Assembly: GCA_043811375.1 (NCBI GenBank)
Contig: JBDRNJ010000014.1
Coordinates: 1-64,000, forward strand
Direction of reading: 5' to 3'
Source of the DNA: a bacterium
GTDB taxonomy: Bacteria; Zixibacteria; MSB-5A5; GN15; FEB-12
DNA length: 64,000 bases
Shown here: piece by piece, positions 20,931-30,853 of the stretch
Position numbering within the stretch: position 1 is the stretch's first letter
How the letters are laid out: each line of letters begins with the position of its first letter
Position numbers and translations under genes: made by a program
Notes under the pieces: model-generated
The model's database searches: none
Seen by the model: the letters and a program-made list of their open reading frames with translations, nothing else
Told to the model about the DNA's origin: nothing

Positions 20931-22124
20931 TTATTCACCTGTCACCTTCGGACCGTCCATTGTTCTGATCTCAAGATGGCCAGCTGACTCACGATTCAGC
21001 CTATAGATGCGGAACTGCTGCTGGTCCGTTGAATCCTCAGTGACCAGACCGTCCAGTAGAATATACGACTCACTTCCTTTAGTTAACTTATCACAGTCGA
21101 TGACAAATGTCTCGAACTGCAGGAGGGGATGATCATTCAGGAAACTGAGAGCACAGACATTTCCATTGAAGAAGAACCCTCCGCACGTATAATGACGTTT
21201 CTCTACCGGAGTAACATAATTCTTCACCGCAGGCTGGTAACCTTCGTCGGTTTTCTTGAATAAATTTAATACGGCCCCGGTTACAACCGTCTCATAGGCA
21301 ATCACATACTCACCTCCCGGTGACAGCACAACATCCCAGTTAACATTCACCGGTCCGATAGGGTCAAGATTGATTTGCCGGGCTAACCCCGACTCAAAAT
21401 CACAGACAGTTACTTTCCCGTATTCGGAGTATGCAAAATAACTATGGCATGGACTTATAGAAGTGTGAAACACACTCGGTGGTCCAAAGGGGTTAATCTT
21501 GACTTCGGCCAGAACCACCATTTCAGGCACCGATAGTTTCATAACCCTGTCATCGTGCATGAAAATGATGGTTGAATCACTATCACAGATGAGTTCCCAT
21601 CGATGGGTGTGTATTGTAGGAGATGCCAGCAGACTCCCGGATCTGTCGTAGATTGCCGGTTTCTCGCGCCCACCCCCCATGAAGTTGTTCGATTTATAGA
21701 AGTAGTTACCAGACGGTGAGCAGCGAAGTTCGCAGTAGTTGGCCAGCAGATCCTCAAAAATCACTTCGCCGGAAACCGTATACGCGGAGTAGGAAATGTT
21801 GTCCTCGCCCCTTGCATGAGAAACCACTAACGGACCTTCGGGACAGTAAACTTTAATGGAGCCAAACCAAGTACCCTTCTCTGCTTCGCGTGAGAAGACC
21901 ACGCTCCCGTCACTCCGTCTCAGCTGAAATGAACTCTTGTCCTTTTCCACCACGCCCACATACTCGCCAGCGAAATCAATATTGTATACCCAGTCAACGA
22001 GCGGCAGGTCAGATATCTCCGCCACCCTGGTTGTTTTCACTTCCAAGCGATCGGCACCTGCAACATCCAACGGCACACAGAACAGCCAGACCGCCAGTAA
22101 CATAAATATAGCGTTTCGAGACAT
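20931..22124 (-). CDS. Secreted hypothetical protein, possible beta-propeller; lower GC
   Basis: Signal peptide; SPSGNYF, SPCHSYF and SPGGEYV blade-like motifs. Confidence 0.7.
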   Translation of the reverse strand: MSRNAIFMLLAVWLFCVPLDVAGADRLEVKTTRVAEISDLPLVDWVYNIDFAGEYVGVVEKDKSSFQLRRSDGSVVFSREAEKGTWFGSIKVYCPEGPLVVSHARGEDNISYSAYTVSGEVIFEDLLANYCELRCSPSGNYFYKSNNFMGGGREKPAIYDRSGSLLASPTIHTHRWELICDSDSTIIFMHDDRVMKLSVPEMVVLAEVKINPFGPPSVFHTSISPCHSYFAYSEYGKVTVCDFESGLARQINLDPIGPVNVNWDVVLSPGGEYVIAYETVVTGAVLNLFKKTDEGYQPAVKNYVTPVEKRHYTCGGFFFNGNVCALSFLNDHPLLQFETFVIDCDKLTKGSESYILLDGLVTEDSTDQQQFRIYRLNRESAGHLEIRTMDGPKVTGE

Positions 22125-22300
22125 ACCTCAGAGCTCCTGCAAATAGTTTTGTAACCGACTCATAGTTTAATGCTTTATGTCGCCATTGTCGAGGAATACC
22201 TGTAACCCAAGCAGTTATGAGATTCTTCGACCATTTGTGTGATTAGGGTTTTGATTTGATCCCGGCGGCTTCGCATTTTCCGTTGGGGAGTGGGTGTTGT

Positions 22301-22328
22301 CTGGATTCCTGCTTTCGCAGGAATGACA
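22301..22328 (-). repeat. REP-like palindrome TGTCATTCCTGCGAAAGCAGGAATCCAG
   Basis: Identical copy on the + strand at 51440-51467. Confidence 0.8.
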
Positions 22329-22362
22329 GAGGGGTGCAGGAATGACTTGTACCCCACCTATC

Positions 22363-22493
22363 GGGCTTGTTGAAAAAGTCCCATTCTCGTCATTGCGAGC
22401 GACAGCGTGGCAATCTCGGATATTGAATGTCAACGAGATAGCCACGTCGCTTCGCTCCTCGCTATGACGTTTGTTAGGTTTATCAACACGCCC
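22363..22493. mobile_element. 131-bp MITE with 15-bp terminal inverted repeats and TATC target duplication
   Basis: GGGCTTGTTGAAAAA ... TTTATCAACACGCCC (13/15 IR); TATC at 22359-22362 and 22494-22497. Confidence 0.7.
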
Positions 22494-22577
22494 TATCAGG
22501 TGGGTTTTGATTCGGTATGACCGTTTCCTTTTCGTGATTAACACACCCGTTGGGTGGGGTACATCCGTTCAAAGAAC

Positions 22578-22898
22578 GGGGCAGATGGGGACATCTGCCG
22601 CCCACAAAATAGCGTCAGGCAGGGTCACCTGACGCCACTCAGAAGATACCCCTCCTAACAAGTTTGAAGGGGCGACCCGGCCGAGAGGAATCATGGTTCG
22701 ACTCCGCTCACCATGACGGCACCGGGGCAGATGAGGACATCTGCCGCCCACAAAATAGCGTCAGGCAGGGTCACCTGACGCCACTCAGAAGATTCCCCTC
22801 CAAACGAGTTTGTAGGGGGCCACCCTGAGAAGAGGAATCATGGTTCGACTCCGCTCACCATGACGGCACCGGGGCAGATGAGGACATCTGCCGCCCAC
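22578..22898. repeat. Tandem mosaic REP array, ~146-147-bp unit, about 2.2 copies
   Basis: GGGGCAGATG.GGACATCTGCCGCCCAC starts at 22578, 22724 and 22871; each full unit has four different hairpins. Confidence 0.9.
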
Positions 22899-22979
22899 GT
22901 AATTGGCAGGTCTCAAGGAAATTTGCCCTGACTGGCGGGTTCGAAGACGGACCCGCCCTACAATGCTCGGTTTTCATTG

Positions 22980-23017
22980 TTGTCAAGCCCTCTCCCGTTC
23001 CCCTATACTGCCACATG
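22980..23017 (+). promoter_or_regulatory. Sigma70-type promoter abutting the xseA start (possible leaderless mRNA)
   Basis: TTGTCA-N18-TATACT, with ATG 5 nt after the -10 box and no SD. Confidence 0.5.
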
Positions 23018-24229
23018 CAGACGACGCCAAAGACATACTCCGTCAGTCAGATCACGCGGCTAATCAAAACCACCCTGGAGCAGTCGTATAAGGATATTCT
23101 GGTCGAAGGCGAGATATCCAACTACCACCACCACTCCTCCGGGCATCGCTATTTCAACCTGAAAGACGAACGGGCCGTTATCAAAGTGACGCTGTGGCGG
23201 TCGCTGGGGGCATACCTGCGGTTTGAGCCGGAAGACGGCCAGCAGGTACTGGTGCAGGGTGATATCTCAGTCTATGAAAAAGGCGGCAACTACCAACTCA
23301 ACTGCCGCCGCCTGACTCCGATAGGGATCGGTGAACTGGAGTTAGCTTTCCGGCAACTGCACGACAAACTGGCCGCCGAAGGATTGTTCGATGTTGAACG
23401 AAAAACAGCAATTCCCCCGTATGTGACACGGGTGGGGATCGTTACCTCACCGACCGGGGCGGCGGTACGCGATATTATCCAGATCGCCCGGCGACGCAAC
23501 AACACTGTCGAGTTAATCATCTACCCCGCCCAGGTTCAGGGCGACGGGGCCGAGAATACGATTGCAGCCGGAATCGAGTTCTTCAACAGTCGCGGCGACA
23601 TCGATGTAATAATCACCGGTCGTGGCGGCGGTTCGCTGGAAGACCTCTGGCCGTTCAACACCGAGATGGTGGTCAGGGCTATTGCCACCTCGAAGATACC
23701 TGTTGTGTCGGCGGTGGGGCACGAAATCGACGTCACCCTGTCCGACCTGACGGCCGACCTGCGGGCACCGACACCATCGGCGGCGGCTGAACTGGTTATC
23801 TGGTCGAAACAGGAGTATCTCGATACGGTCAGGTCCGTTGTCAGCCGTCAGACCGTCCTGCTGGATTCTATGGTATCGGCGGCGCGGCAGGAACTTGACG
23901 GTCTGCTGGACCGGCCGGTTTTTGCCCGGCCATTCGACCTGATTCGCCAGCGCCAGCAACATCTTGACAATCTGTCTCGTCATCTCGGCAGCGTCGGAAA
24001 AAACAGTTTTCAACAACACCAAAACCGGCTATCTTTGGCCCTGTCGCGGCTGGAAACGTTGTCGCCGCTGAAGATCCTGGCCCGTGGCTATTCGGTCAGC
24101 CGGAAGTTACCGGAACGGCAGTTGTTGAAATCAGTGACCGGGATTAACCGCGGCGAAAAACTGGAAACGGTCCTTATCGACGGACAGATTGTTTCCCTGG
24201 TTCAAGACGTTGTAAAAAAGCAAAAGTAG
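23015..24229 (+). CDS. xseA: Exodeoxyribonuclease VII large subunit
   Basis: GEISN...SGH.YF.LKD, TSPTGAA..D, RGGGSLEDLW.FN, SAVGHE.D and APTPSAAAE motifs. Confidence 0.97.
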   Translation: MQTTPKTYSVSQITRLIKTTLEQSYKDILVEGEISNYHHHSSGHRYFNLKDERAVIKVTLWRSLGAYLRFEPEDGQQVLVQGDISVYEKGGNYQLNCRRLTPIGIGELELAFRQLHDKLAAEGLFDVERKTAIPPYVTRVGIVTSPTGAAVRDIIQIARRRNNTVELIIYPAQVQGDGAENTIAAGIEFFNSRGDIDVIITGRGGGSLEDLWPFNTEMVVRAIATSKIPVVSAVGHEIDVTLSDLTADLRAPTPSAAAELVIWSKQEYLDTVRSVVSRQTVLLDSMVSAARQELDGLLDRPVFARPFDLIRQRQQHLDNLSRHLGSVGKNSFQQHQNRLSLALSRLETLSPLKILARGYSVSRKLPERQLLKSVTGINRGEKLETVLIDGQIVSLVQDVVKKQK

Positions 24230-24233
24230 ACCT

Positions 24234-24479
24234 ATGAGCGCTCAAAAAAAAACCCTGGACTATGAGTCGGCTATCGAACGGCTCGAAGAAATCACCGACT
24301 TGCTCGAAGCCGGTGAAATATCGCTTGATGAGTCGATCAAGCTCTACACCGAGGGGATTGAAATCGCCCGCTTCTGCGGTAAAAAACTGACCGAGGCCGA
24401 GGCCAAAATTAAGATCATACGTGAAAAGAACGGCCTGACCGGCGAAGAAGAATTCGACCTAGAAGAGACCAATAAATGA
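24234..24479 (+). CDS. xseB: Exodeoxyribonuclease VII small subunit
   Basis: YESAIERLEEI..LE.GE.SLDESIKLY.EG; follows xseA. Confidence 0.95.
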   Translation: MSAQKKTLDYESAIERLEEITDLLEAGEISLDESIKLYTEGIEIARFCGKKLTEAEAKIKIIREKNGLTGEEEFDLEETNK

Positions 24480-25363
24480 TGCCGACCGACCTTACGGATG
24501 TAAAGTCATACTTGAAGGAACGAGGCCAACTGGTTGACCGGCTACTGGAACAGTGCCTGCCTTCCGAGGAGAAGGAACCTTGTTACCTCCATACGGCGAT
24601 GCGCTATTCGGTCATGGCCGGCGGTAAACGAGTGCGCCCGATCCTGGCATTGACGGCCTTTGAATACTGCGGGGGAAATATCGAAGGAAAAAATCTGCCG
24701 ATTTACATAGCGGCGGCGGCCCTGGAAATGGTTCACACCTACTCGCTGATTCACGACGACCTGCCCTGTATGGATGATGATGATCTTCGCCGAGGCATAC
24801 CGACCTCCCACAAGAAATTCGGCGAGGCGACGGCGGTACTGGCCGGCGATGCTCTGCACGTTGAAGCGTTTGCCCTGATGGCACGGACCGGTTCCACACA
24901 GGCGGTGGCTGAACTGGCACAGGCAATCGGTACCGGTGGCATGATCGGCGGTCAGATAGCCGATGTCGAAGCTGAAGGCCGCGACGTTGACCGGGACGAG
25001 ATTATATCTATCCACACCCGAAAAACCGCTGCTCTCATCCGCTGCTCGGTCAGATTAGGTGCCATACTGGCGCAGGCCGACGATCGGTTGCTGGACAGAC
25101 TGACTGTCTATGGTGAGAAAATCGGGCTGGCTTTTCAGATTATCGATGATATCCTAGATATCGAGGGTGATCAGAAACTTCTGGGAAAAAAAGTCGGCTC
25201 CGACAGTAGAAAACAGAAAGCAACTTACCCCGGCGCGGTCGGCCTTAAACGGGCACGGCTGGACGCCTCACTGTTGGTGAAGGAAGCCGTAGACCTGTTT
25301 GATGACGACGATGACAACATGCTGAAAGCCCTGGCGCAATACATTGGCAAAAGACAATACTGA
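24476..25363 (+). CDS. ispA: Polyprenyl (farnesyl/geranylgeranyl) diphosphate synthase
   Basis: GGKRVRP, SLIHDDLPCMDDDDLRRG and FQIIDDILD motifs; xseB-ispA-dxs synteny. Confidence 0.93.
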   Translation: MMPTDLTDVKSYLKERGQLVDRLLEQCLPSEEKEPCYLHTAMRYSVMAGGKRVRPILALTAFEYCGGNIEGKNLPIYIAAAALEMVHTYSLIHDDLPCMDDDDLRRGIPTSHKKFGEATAVLAGDALHVEAFALMARTGSTQAVAELAQAIGTGGMIGGQIADVEAEGRDVDRDEIISIHTRKTAALIRCSVRLGAILAQADDRLLDRLTVYGEKIGLAFQIIDDILDIEGDQKLLGKKVGSDSRKQKATYPGAVGLKRARLDASLLVKEAVDLFDDDDDNMLKALAQYIGKRQY

Positions 25364-25388
25364 CCATATTGGCGAGACTGCTTAAATT

Positions 25389-27386
25389 ATGAAATACCTG
25401 CCCTCCATTAACTCCCCGGCCGATATGAAAAAACTCTCGATGGAAGAGTTGATCGATCTGGCGACTGAAATCCGGGAGGAGATAGTCACAGTAGTCTCAC
25501 GTACCGGCGGCCACCTGGCCACCAACCTCGGTTCGGTTGAGTTGAGCATTGCCCTGCACTATGTCTATGACCTTCCGTCCGACAAGGTTATCTGGGATGT
25601 CAGCAACCAGACCTACACGCACAAAATGCTCACCGGCCGCCGGGACCGTATGCCTACCCTGCGCCAGCATGATGGTGTGGCCGGATTTGCCAGGCGAGAC
25701 GAGTCCGAATTTGATCATTTCGGGGCCGGACATGCCTCCACTTCGATTTCGGCCGCTTTAGGTTTTGCCGCCGCCCGTGACCAGGCCGGACTGGATCACA
25801 AGGTCGTGGCTATTATCGGCGACGGTGCCCTGACGGGGGGGTTGGCTTACGAAGGCCTCAATAACGCCGGCTCGCTTAAAAAAGACATGCTGGTCATATT
25901 AAACGATAACCACTGGTCCATCTCCAGGAACGTCGGTGCTATGTCGCGCTACCTGACCGGTATCATGACCGATGAAAAGTTCAACAAACTTCGTGATGAA
26001 ATCTGGGAATTGACCGGCCGCTTCAAACGTCGTGACAAGATTCGCGATACTATCTCACATATCGAAAAATCCATCAAAGGGCTGCTGGTGCCGGGGATGC
26101 TTTTTGACAAGCTCGGTTTCAGATATTTCGGACCCATCGACGGCCATGATCTGGAACTGGTGATAAAAACGCTACAAAAGGTGAGGAATCTCAGTGGTCC
26201 GATTCTTTTACACATAGCCACTGTAAAAGGTAAAGGGTACGACCCGGCCGAAAACAACCCGTTCAAATTTCATGGGATAGGCAAGTTTGATAAAGTAACC
26301 GGCGAAACTACCGGCAACCCCTCGACCCGACCCGGCTATACACAGGTCTTCGGTGACGCCATGCTCGAACTGGGCGCGAAAAACGAGCGAGTGGTGGCGA
26401 TCACTGCCGCCATGGTGGCCGGCACCGGGCTGGTGAAGTTTGCCGAGAAATTCCCGGACCGGTTCTATGATGTCGGTATTGCCGAAGGCCACGCCGGCAC
26501 TTTCGCCGCCGGGATGGCTGCCGAGGGCGCTCTGCCGTATGTAGCCATTTACTCCACTTTCATGCAGCGGGCTTTTGATCAAGTGGTGCACGATATCGCT
26601 CTGCAGAATCTGCCGGTGGTACTGTGCATGGACCGGGGCGGGCTGGTCGGCGATGACGGCCCCACCCATCACGGGACGTTCGATCTCTCCTTTTTACCGC
26701 TCTGCCCCAACCTGACGTTTGCCGTACCCAAAGACGGTAACGAACTGCGCGCCATGCTGCACTACACGGTCGACCATAAGCTGACCGGACCGGTGGCGAT
26801 TCGCTACCCGAGGGCCGCCATCCCCACGGACATGTCCGATGAAATCAGTAAGATAGAATGGGGCACCTGGGAACGGCTGACTGACCCCGGTGAGATCGTG
26901 GTCCTGGCGGTCGGCACGATGGTGACCTCGGCGCGGCAGGTGGCCGACATCCTGGCGAAACGGGGAATCGAGCTGTCGATAGTCAACGCCCGTTTTGTCA
27001 AACCGATTGATTTGAAGATACTCGAGGAAATAATACAGACGGCGGCGGCAGTCGTGACACTCGAAGAGAACGCCGTGCGCAGCGGTTTCGGTCAAGCCGT
27101 AGCCGAGTACCTGTTGACCGAAGGCTTCACCGGCCGTTTCCGGGCGCTGGGAATCCCCGACAAGTTCATCCCCCACGGCAACCGCAACCTGCTGCTTCAA
27201 GAGATCGGGCTCGACCCCGACGGCATCGCCACTGCTATTGAGAAACTGGTCGAACCGGGCCAGAAGCAGGCCAACTTATTTCAGAAGCTCATCCTCCGCC
27301 GCAACGGCACCACCAAGCGCAACGGCCTGACCAAACGCAGGGAACACGCAAGCAAAGTAGGTGAGGTTGTCGAAGAGGGGGAGTGA
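25389..27386 (+). CDS. dxs: 1-deoxy-D-xylulose-5-phosphate synthase
   Basis: GGHLATNLG, GHASTSIS, IGDGALTGG...LNDN, DVGIAEGH and DGPTHHG motifs. Confidence 0.97.
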   Translation: MKYLPSINSPADMKKLSMEELIDLATEIREEIVTVVSRTGGHLATNLGSVELSIALHYVYDLPSDKVIWDVSNQTYTHKMLTGRRDRMPTLRQHDGVAGFARRDESEFDHFGAGHASTSISAALGFAAARDQAGLDHKVVAIIGDGALTGGLAYEGLNNAGSLKKDMLVILNDNHWSISRNVGAMSRYLTGIMTDEKFNKLRDEIWELTGRFKRRDKIRDTISHIEKSIKGLLVPGMLFDKLGFRYFGPIDGHDLELVIKTLQKVRNLSGPILLHIATVKGKGYDPAENNPFKFHGIGKFDKVTGETTGNPSTRPGYTQVFGDAMLELGAKNERVVAITAAMVAGTGLVKFAEKFPDRFYDVGIAEGHAGTFAAGMAAEGALPYVAIYSTFMQRAFDQVVHDIALQNLPVVLCMDRGGLVGDDGPTHHGTFDLSFLPLCPNLTFAVPKDGNELRAMLHYTVDHKLTGPVAIRYPRAAIPTDMSDEISKIEWGTWERLTDPGEIVVLAVGTMVTSARQVADILAKRGIELSIVNARFVKPIDLKILEEIIQTAAAVVTLEENAVRSGFGQAVAEYLLTEGFTGRFRALGIPDKFIPHGNRNLLLQEIGLDPDGIATAIEKLVEPGQKQANLFQKLILRRNGTTKRNGLTKRREHASKVGEVVEEGE

Positions 27387-27420
27387 CGGGGGGAATATCG
27401 CACCGCGGAGGGAATAAGGA

Positions 27421-27939
27421 ATGGGAAGATTACACCCCAGAGTGCGTCGGCCCAAGTGGAAGGCGAAACTCTACAAGCTTATCAAGTTGGTGTTGGCAGT
27501 TGCAGCGTTTGCGGTTGCGGTCTGGACTTGTTACTCCGGCGACAAAAGATGGGATGAGATTCAAGCAGCCGCGGAGGAAAATCCGGAGCTTGAAGATCCG
27601 GAGCTTGCACAGAGGTATCCGTTGGGATACGCCATCTTCGTGGTCGATGGCAAGAGGCATTCAGTCAACAAGCTGAAAGAGAGCAGTACGGGAGGGCCGT
27701 ATGTTATCGACTGGAGTACTGCTGAGTTGCTTAGTTATTCTGAGACTATGGTCACTCTGCGCGCACCTGATATGACGGCTCCCATCGCTATGAACGGAAA
27801 CACGCTGAATCTGGGCGTTCGCGGACGAGTTCGATTATCAGTCTTCAGAATCAACTCTGTTGAGGCGTGGATAGAGGTGGTCGAGCGGCGGCGTGACTAC
27901 CTTTTTGCAGTGCTCGGTTTCAGATCGGATGAGGGATAG
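27421..27939 (+). CDS. Hypothetical membrane-anchored protein
   Basis: 172-aa ORF with an N-terminal hydrophobic segment and an RBS-like sequence. Confidence 0.55.
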   Translation: MGRLHPRVRRPKWKAKLYKLIKLVLAVAAFAVAVWTCYSGDKRWDEIQAAAEENPELEDPELAQRYPLGYAIFVVDGKRHSVNKLKESSTGGPYVIDWSTAELLSYSETMVTLRAPDMTAPIAMNGNTLNLGVRGRVRLSVFRINSVEAWIEVVERRRDYLFAVLGFRSDEG

Positions 27940-28240
27940 TGAATCCCCTAACCCTCCTTATGCACCACCATCGCTGAGGCCTGGGCGGTGGGTAAGATGA
28001 TTACCAACCTCAGCCGGAGATACACTCGTAAACCCGCCCGTGACAAGGGGGATGGATGCTGATGGGAACACCTGAGGAGAAAACACTTGTCAATTTCCCG
28101 ATCTTGGTTATACTGTTGGAAGGTCCAATCATCTGGAGGCGCTCGAGGTTAAAACGTAACATTCGACACCCGAGAGCCGAAAGTAAACCCGCTCGATATG
28201 TGCCGACCTGCAAAGAGTACGATCTTGCCGGAAAGGAGTA

Positions 28241-29455
28241 GTGCGCAGAACTATGTGTTCAAAGTTTTTCGTTATTGTCGTCTGTCTGGTATTTTGCTGC
28301 CTGACCGAAACCGGTTCGGCGGTGGTTATCGTCAGCGGTGTCATTCCGGCTGACACCACCTGGACCAGCTCTGACACCATTTTGGTCACAGGTTCCGTGA
28401 CGGTTGCCGATTCGGTTCGTCTGACCATCCAGGCCGGAGCAGTCATCATGTTTGCCAACAACACCGGTCTGTTCGTTGAGGGCGAACTTATGGCTGACGG
28501 TGAGAAAACCAGTTGTATTCATTTCACTAACAGCGCCGATACATCCGGCGGCTCACCAGTGGCCGGATCGTGGTACGGACTGAACTTCCCACAAAACAGC
28601 ACCGGCATTTTGTATTACTGTAATCTGCGCTATGCCTCGGACGGCGTCACAGTGAGCAGATCGTCCGGTGAGTTCTACAACTGTGTAATCGAAAACTTCC
28701 AGAGTAAAGGTTTCCACATAGACGGCTACCAACTGAATCCGCCCATCACGACGGTCATCGAGGGCGGTGTGGTTCGCCAGGTAGAAAGCAGTCTGCTCGG
28801 GACCGGCTTCGGAATATACATCTACCAGTCAGTCGACGTATCCATCAGTAACTGCTCCATCAGCGGTTGTGATGTCGGCCTGGACTTCTTCGGACAGAAC
28901 ACCTACGCACCCCACTACCAGATATACGGATGCGATATTCGCGATCACGCCACACGAGGTATCTACTCCCACTCGGGCGGGTGAGGCGCCGTCCTATCAC
29001 CGACGGGTTCGGTGCACGGCTCCAACATCGCAGGCAACGGTCTCTATGCCTTCAGCGTCTCCTCCTGCAGTGATCCGACCACGGTGATCGACGCCACCAA
29101 CAACTGGTGGGGGGTGGCCGATTCGGCGGCTATCGAGGCGATCGTCTATCACCAGGTTGATGCTCCCGATTACCCGACTGTTGATTTTGTTCCCTTTGCC
29201 GACAGCGCCTTCGTATTTGGCGATACGATCCCCTGCTGCAACCATGACGGTTTGCGCGGCGACGTTGACTATGACATGTCTCTTAACGTTGGCGATCTGA
29301 CCTATCTGGTGGCTTACCTCTTCCAGGGCGGCCCGGCATCACCATGCAGCGAGGAAGCCAATGCCGACGGCGTAAGCGGCCTTAACGTCGGCGACCTGAC
29401 GTACCTGGTGGCATATCTGTTTCAGGGAGGTCCGGACCCGGCGGCCTGTCCGTAG
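28241..29455 (+). CDS. Secreted right-handed beta-helix protein with C-terminal dockerin-like domain; in-frame TGA at 28982-28984 (putative selenocysteine; alternatively a nonsense pseudogene)
   Basis: ORFs 28241-28984 and 29012-29455 are in the same frame, separated only by one TGA. The joined 404-aa product has signal peptide, DTTW/GSWYGL, beta-helix repeats, DATNNWWG and a duplicated GDLTYLVAYLFQGG. A hairpin follows the TGA. Confidence 0.75.
28985..29023 (+). promoter_or_regulatory. Candidate bacterial SECIS element
   Basis: Lower stem GCCGT(28988-92)/ACGGC(29016-20), upper stem CACCGA(28998-29003)/TCGGTG(29009-14), apical loop CGGGT starting 19 nt after the UGA. Confidence 0.6.
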
Positions 29456-29516
29456 GCGCCGCAAAGGACTCAAAGAGAATCGGCAACACTCGAGAGAAGT
29501 AACTGGAGGAATCATA

Positions 29517-30527
29517 ATGCGACTCAGTCATGCTCTGATAGTAATAACATGCATATTATTGGCTTTAGTATCCTGTGGTGATAAATCGACGTCCAATGAG
29601 GATACTAATCCACCAAGAGTACGTTACGTCTATCCGGCGGATAGCGCGGTGGACGTCAGGCGACCTGATTACCTATGGGTCGTTTTTTCTGAAAGTATCG
29701 ATACGAATACTCTGACAACATCTTCCTTCTACTTAGTACCAGCGGTTGACGGATGGATTTTGCCCTCACTTCCTGATCACTGGGATGCAACATTACAATT
29801 GAACGAAGATCTTGAGGAGGGAGCCACGTATCAGGCCATAATAAAGGGCTCAATCGCTGATATGGCCGGAAACAGAATGGGAGAAGACTATGTCTGGTCG
29901 TTTACCACTCTCCCTGACACAGTCAGGCCCAGAATATCATCGATAAGCCCCGACAGTAATACGGCAGCAACGCTGTTTATGGAGATCTCCATAACCTTCT
30001 CCGAGGATATTGATACTTCGCTGGTAACACCAGCCACTTTCTACCTTACTCCGCCTGCCAGCGGTTTCATTTCGTTCCCCTGGGGAAGGAGGACGGCCAA
30101 GTTCAGCTACTATTATCTGGATTGTAACACCGACTACATGGTGACTATCGATGACGCCATAACGGATCTGGCCGGGAACCATCTGGAATCGGATATCACC
30201 TGGTCGTATACCGCATATGTGGATACGGTCAAACCTGAAGTTGGCCTGGTCGTTCCTGAAGACAGTTCCAGCGGTGTACCTACAAGACCAGTGTTACATG
30301 TACGTTTTACGGATGCGATAGATAGCAACAGCGTATCGTTACAAACAGTCGACATTGATCCCTCGGTGGACGGCTTCTTCGACTATTTTTGGAACGGTTT
30401 CTACTTTGTACCGAGTGATACGCTCCTTTCCTATACAGAGTATACCGTTACGCTCAGCAGCACGATATCGGACATATGCGGCAATGAGCTGGGCGAAGAC
30501 TATATTTGGTCATTTACGACCAAGTAA
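29517..30527 (+). CDS. Lipoprotein with three Ig-like (Big_5/SbsA-type) domains
   Basis: Lipobox LVSC; repeats of P.V....P...FSE.ID...Y...I...I.D.AGN.L..DY.WSFTT. Confidence 0.88.
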   Translation: MRLSHALIVITCILLALVSCGDKSTSNEDTNPPRVRYVYPADSAVDVRRPDYLWVVFSESIDTNTLTTSSFYLVPAVDGWILPSLPDHWDATLQLNEDLEEGATYQAIIKGSIADMAGNRMGEDYVWSFTTLPDTVRPRISSISPDSNTAATLFMEISITFSEDIDTSLVTPATFYLTPPASGFISFPWGRRTAKFSYYYLDCNTDYMVTIDDAITDLAGNHLESDITWSYTAYVDTVKPEVGLVVPEDSSSGVPTRPVLHVRFTDAIDSNSVSLQTVDIDPSVDGFFDYFWNGFYFVPSDTLLSYTEYTVTLSSTISDICGNELGEDYIWSFTTK

Positions 30528-30586
30528 CAACTGCTCCTGCGCAGTCGGATCGTCTGAGCTTGCGGGCTCGATAATCCCGCGACTGC

Positions 30587-30853
30587 CTATATCTCTTTGA
30601 GGGATTTCACCCGACGCAGCTTGCGAAACAGTTGAATGTACTCCTTGACCATGATTTCCTCCGCTTGCGACAAACCCTCCATCATGGGTATACCGATGCG
30701 CAACACGGCGCGCACCATGTCGGACGTGGTACGGTCATATTTTTCGGCCAGTTGCTTCAGACGGTTTTTCAGTTCGTACGAGACAAAGATGTTCAGACAA
30801 TGTTCGCCGCGCACTTTGCGTGTTTCTTTGCCGGTTTCATTCTGACTGTTCAT
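30587..30853 (-). CDS. Ribbon-helix-helix (CopG-like) DNA-binding protein
   Basis: LNIFVSYELKNRLKQLAEKYDRTTSDMVRAVLR pattern; AAGGAGGAG RBS. Confidence 0.7.
   Translation of the reverse strand: MNSQNETGKETRKVRGEHCLNIFVSYELKNRLKQLAEKYDRTTSDMVRAVLRIGIPMMEGLSQAEEIMVKEYIQLFRKLRRVKSLKEI

Noticed and set aside
22691..22716. tRNA (GGTTCGACTCC T-loop-like, followed by ACCA)
   Set aside because: No cloverleaf; it is part of a repeated REP-type hairpin that recurs at ~22838.
22578..22898. CRISPR array
   Set aside because: The sequences between repeats are near-identical (~120 bp) rather than unique spacers, and no cas genes are in the window.
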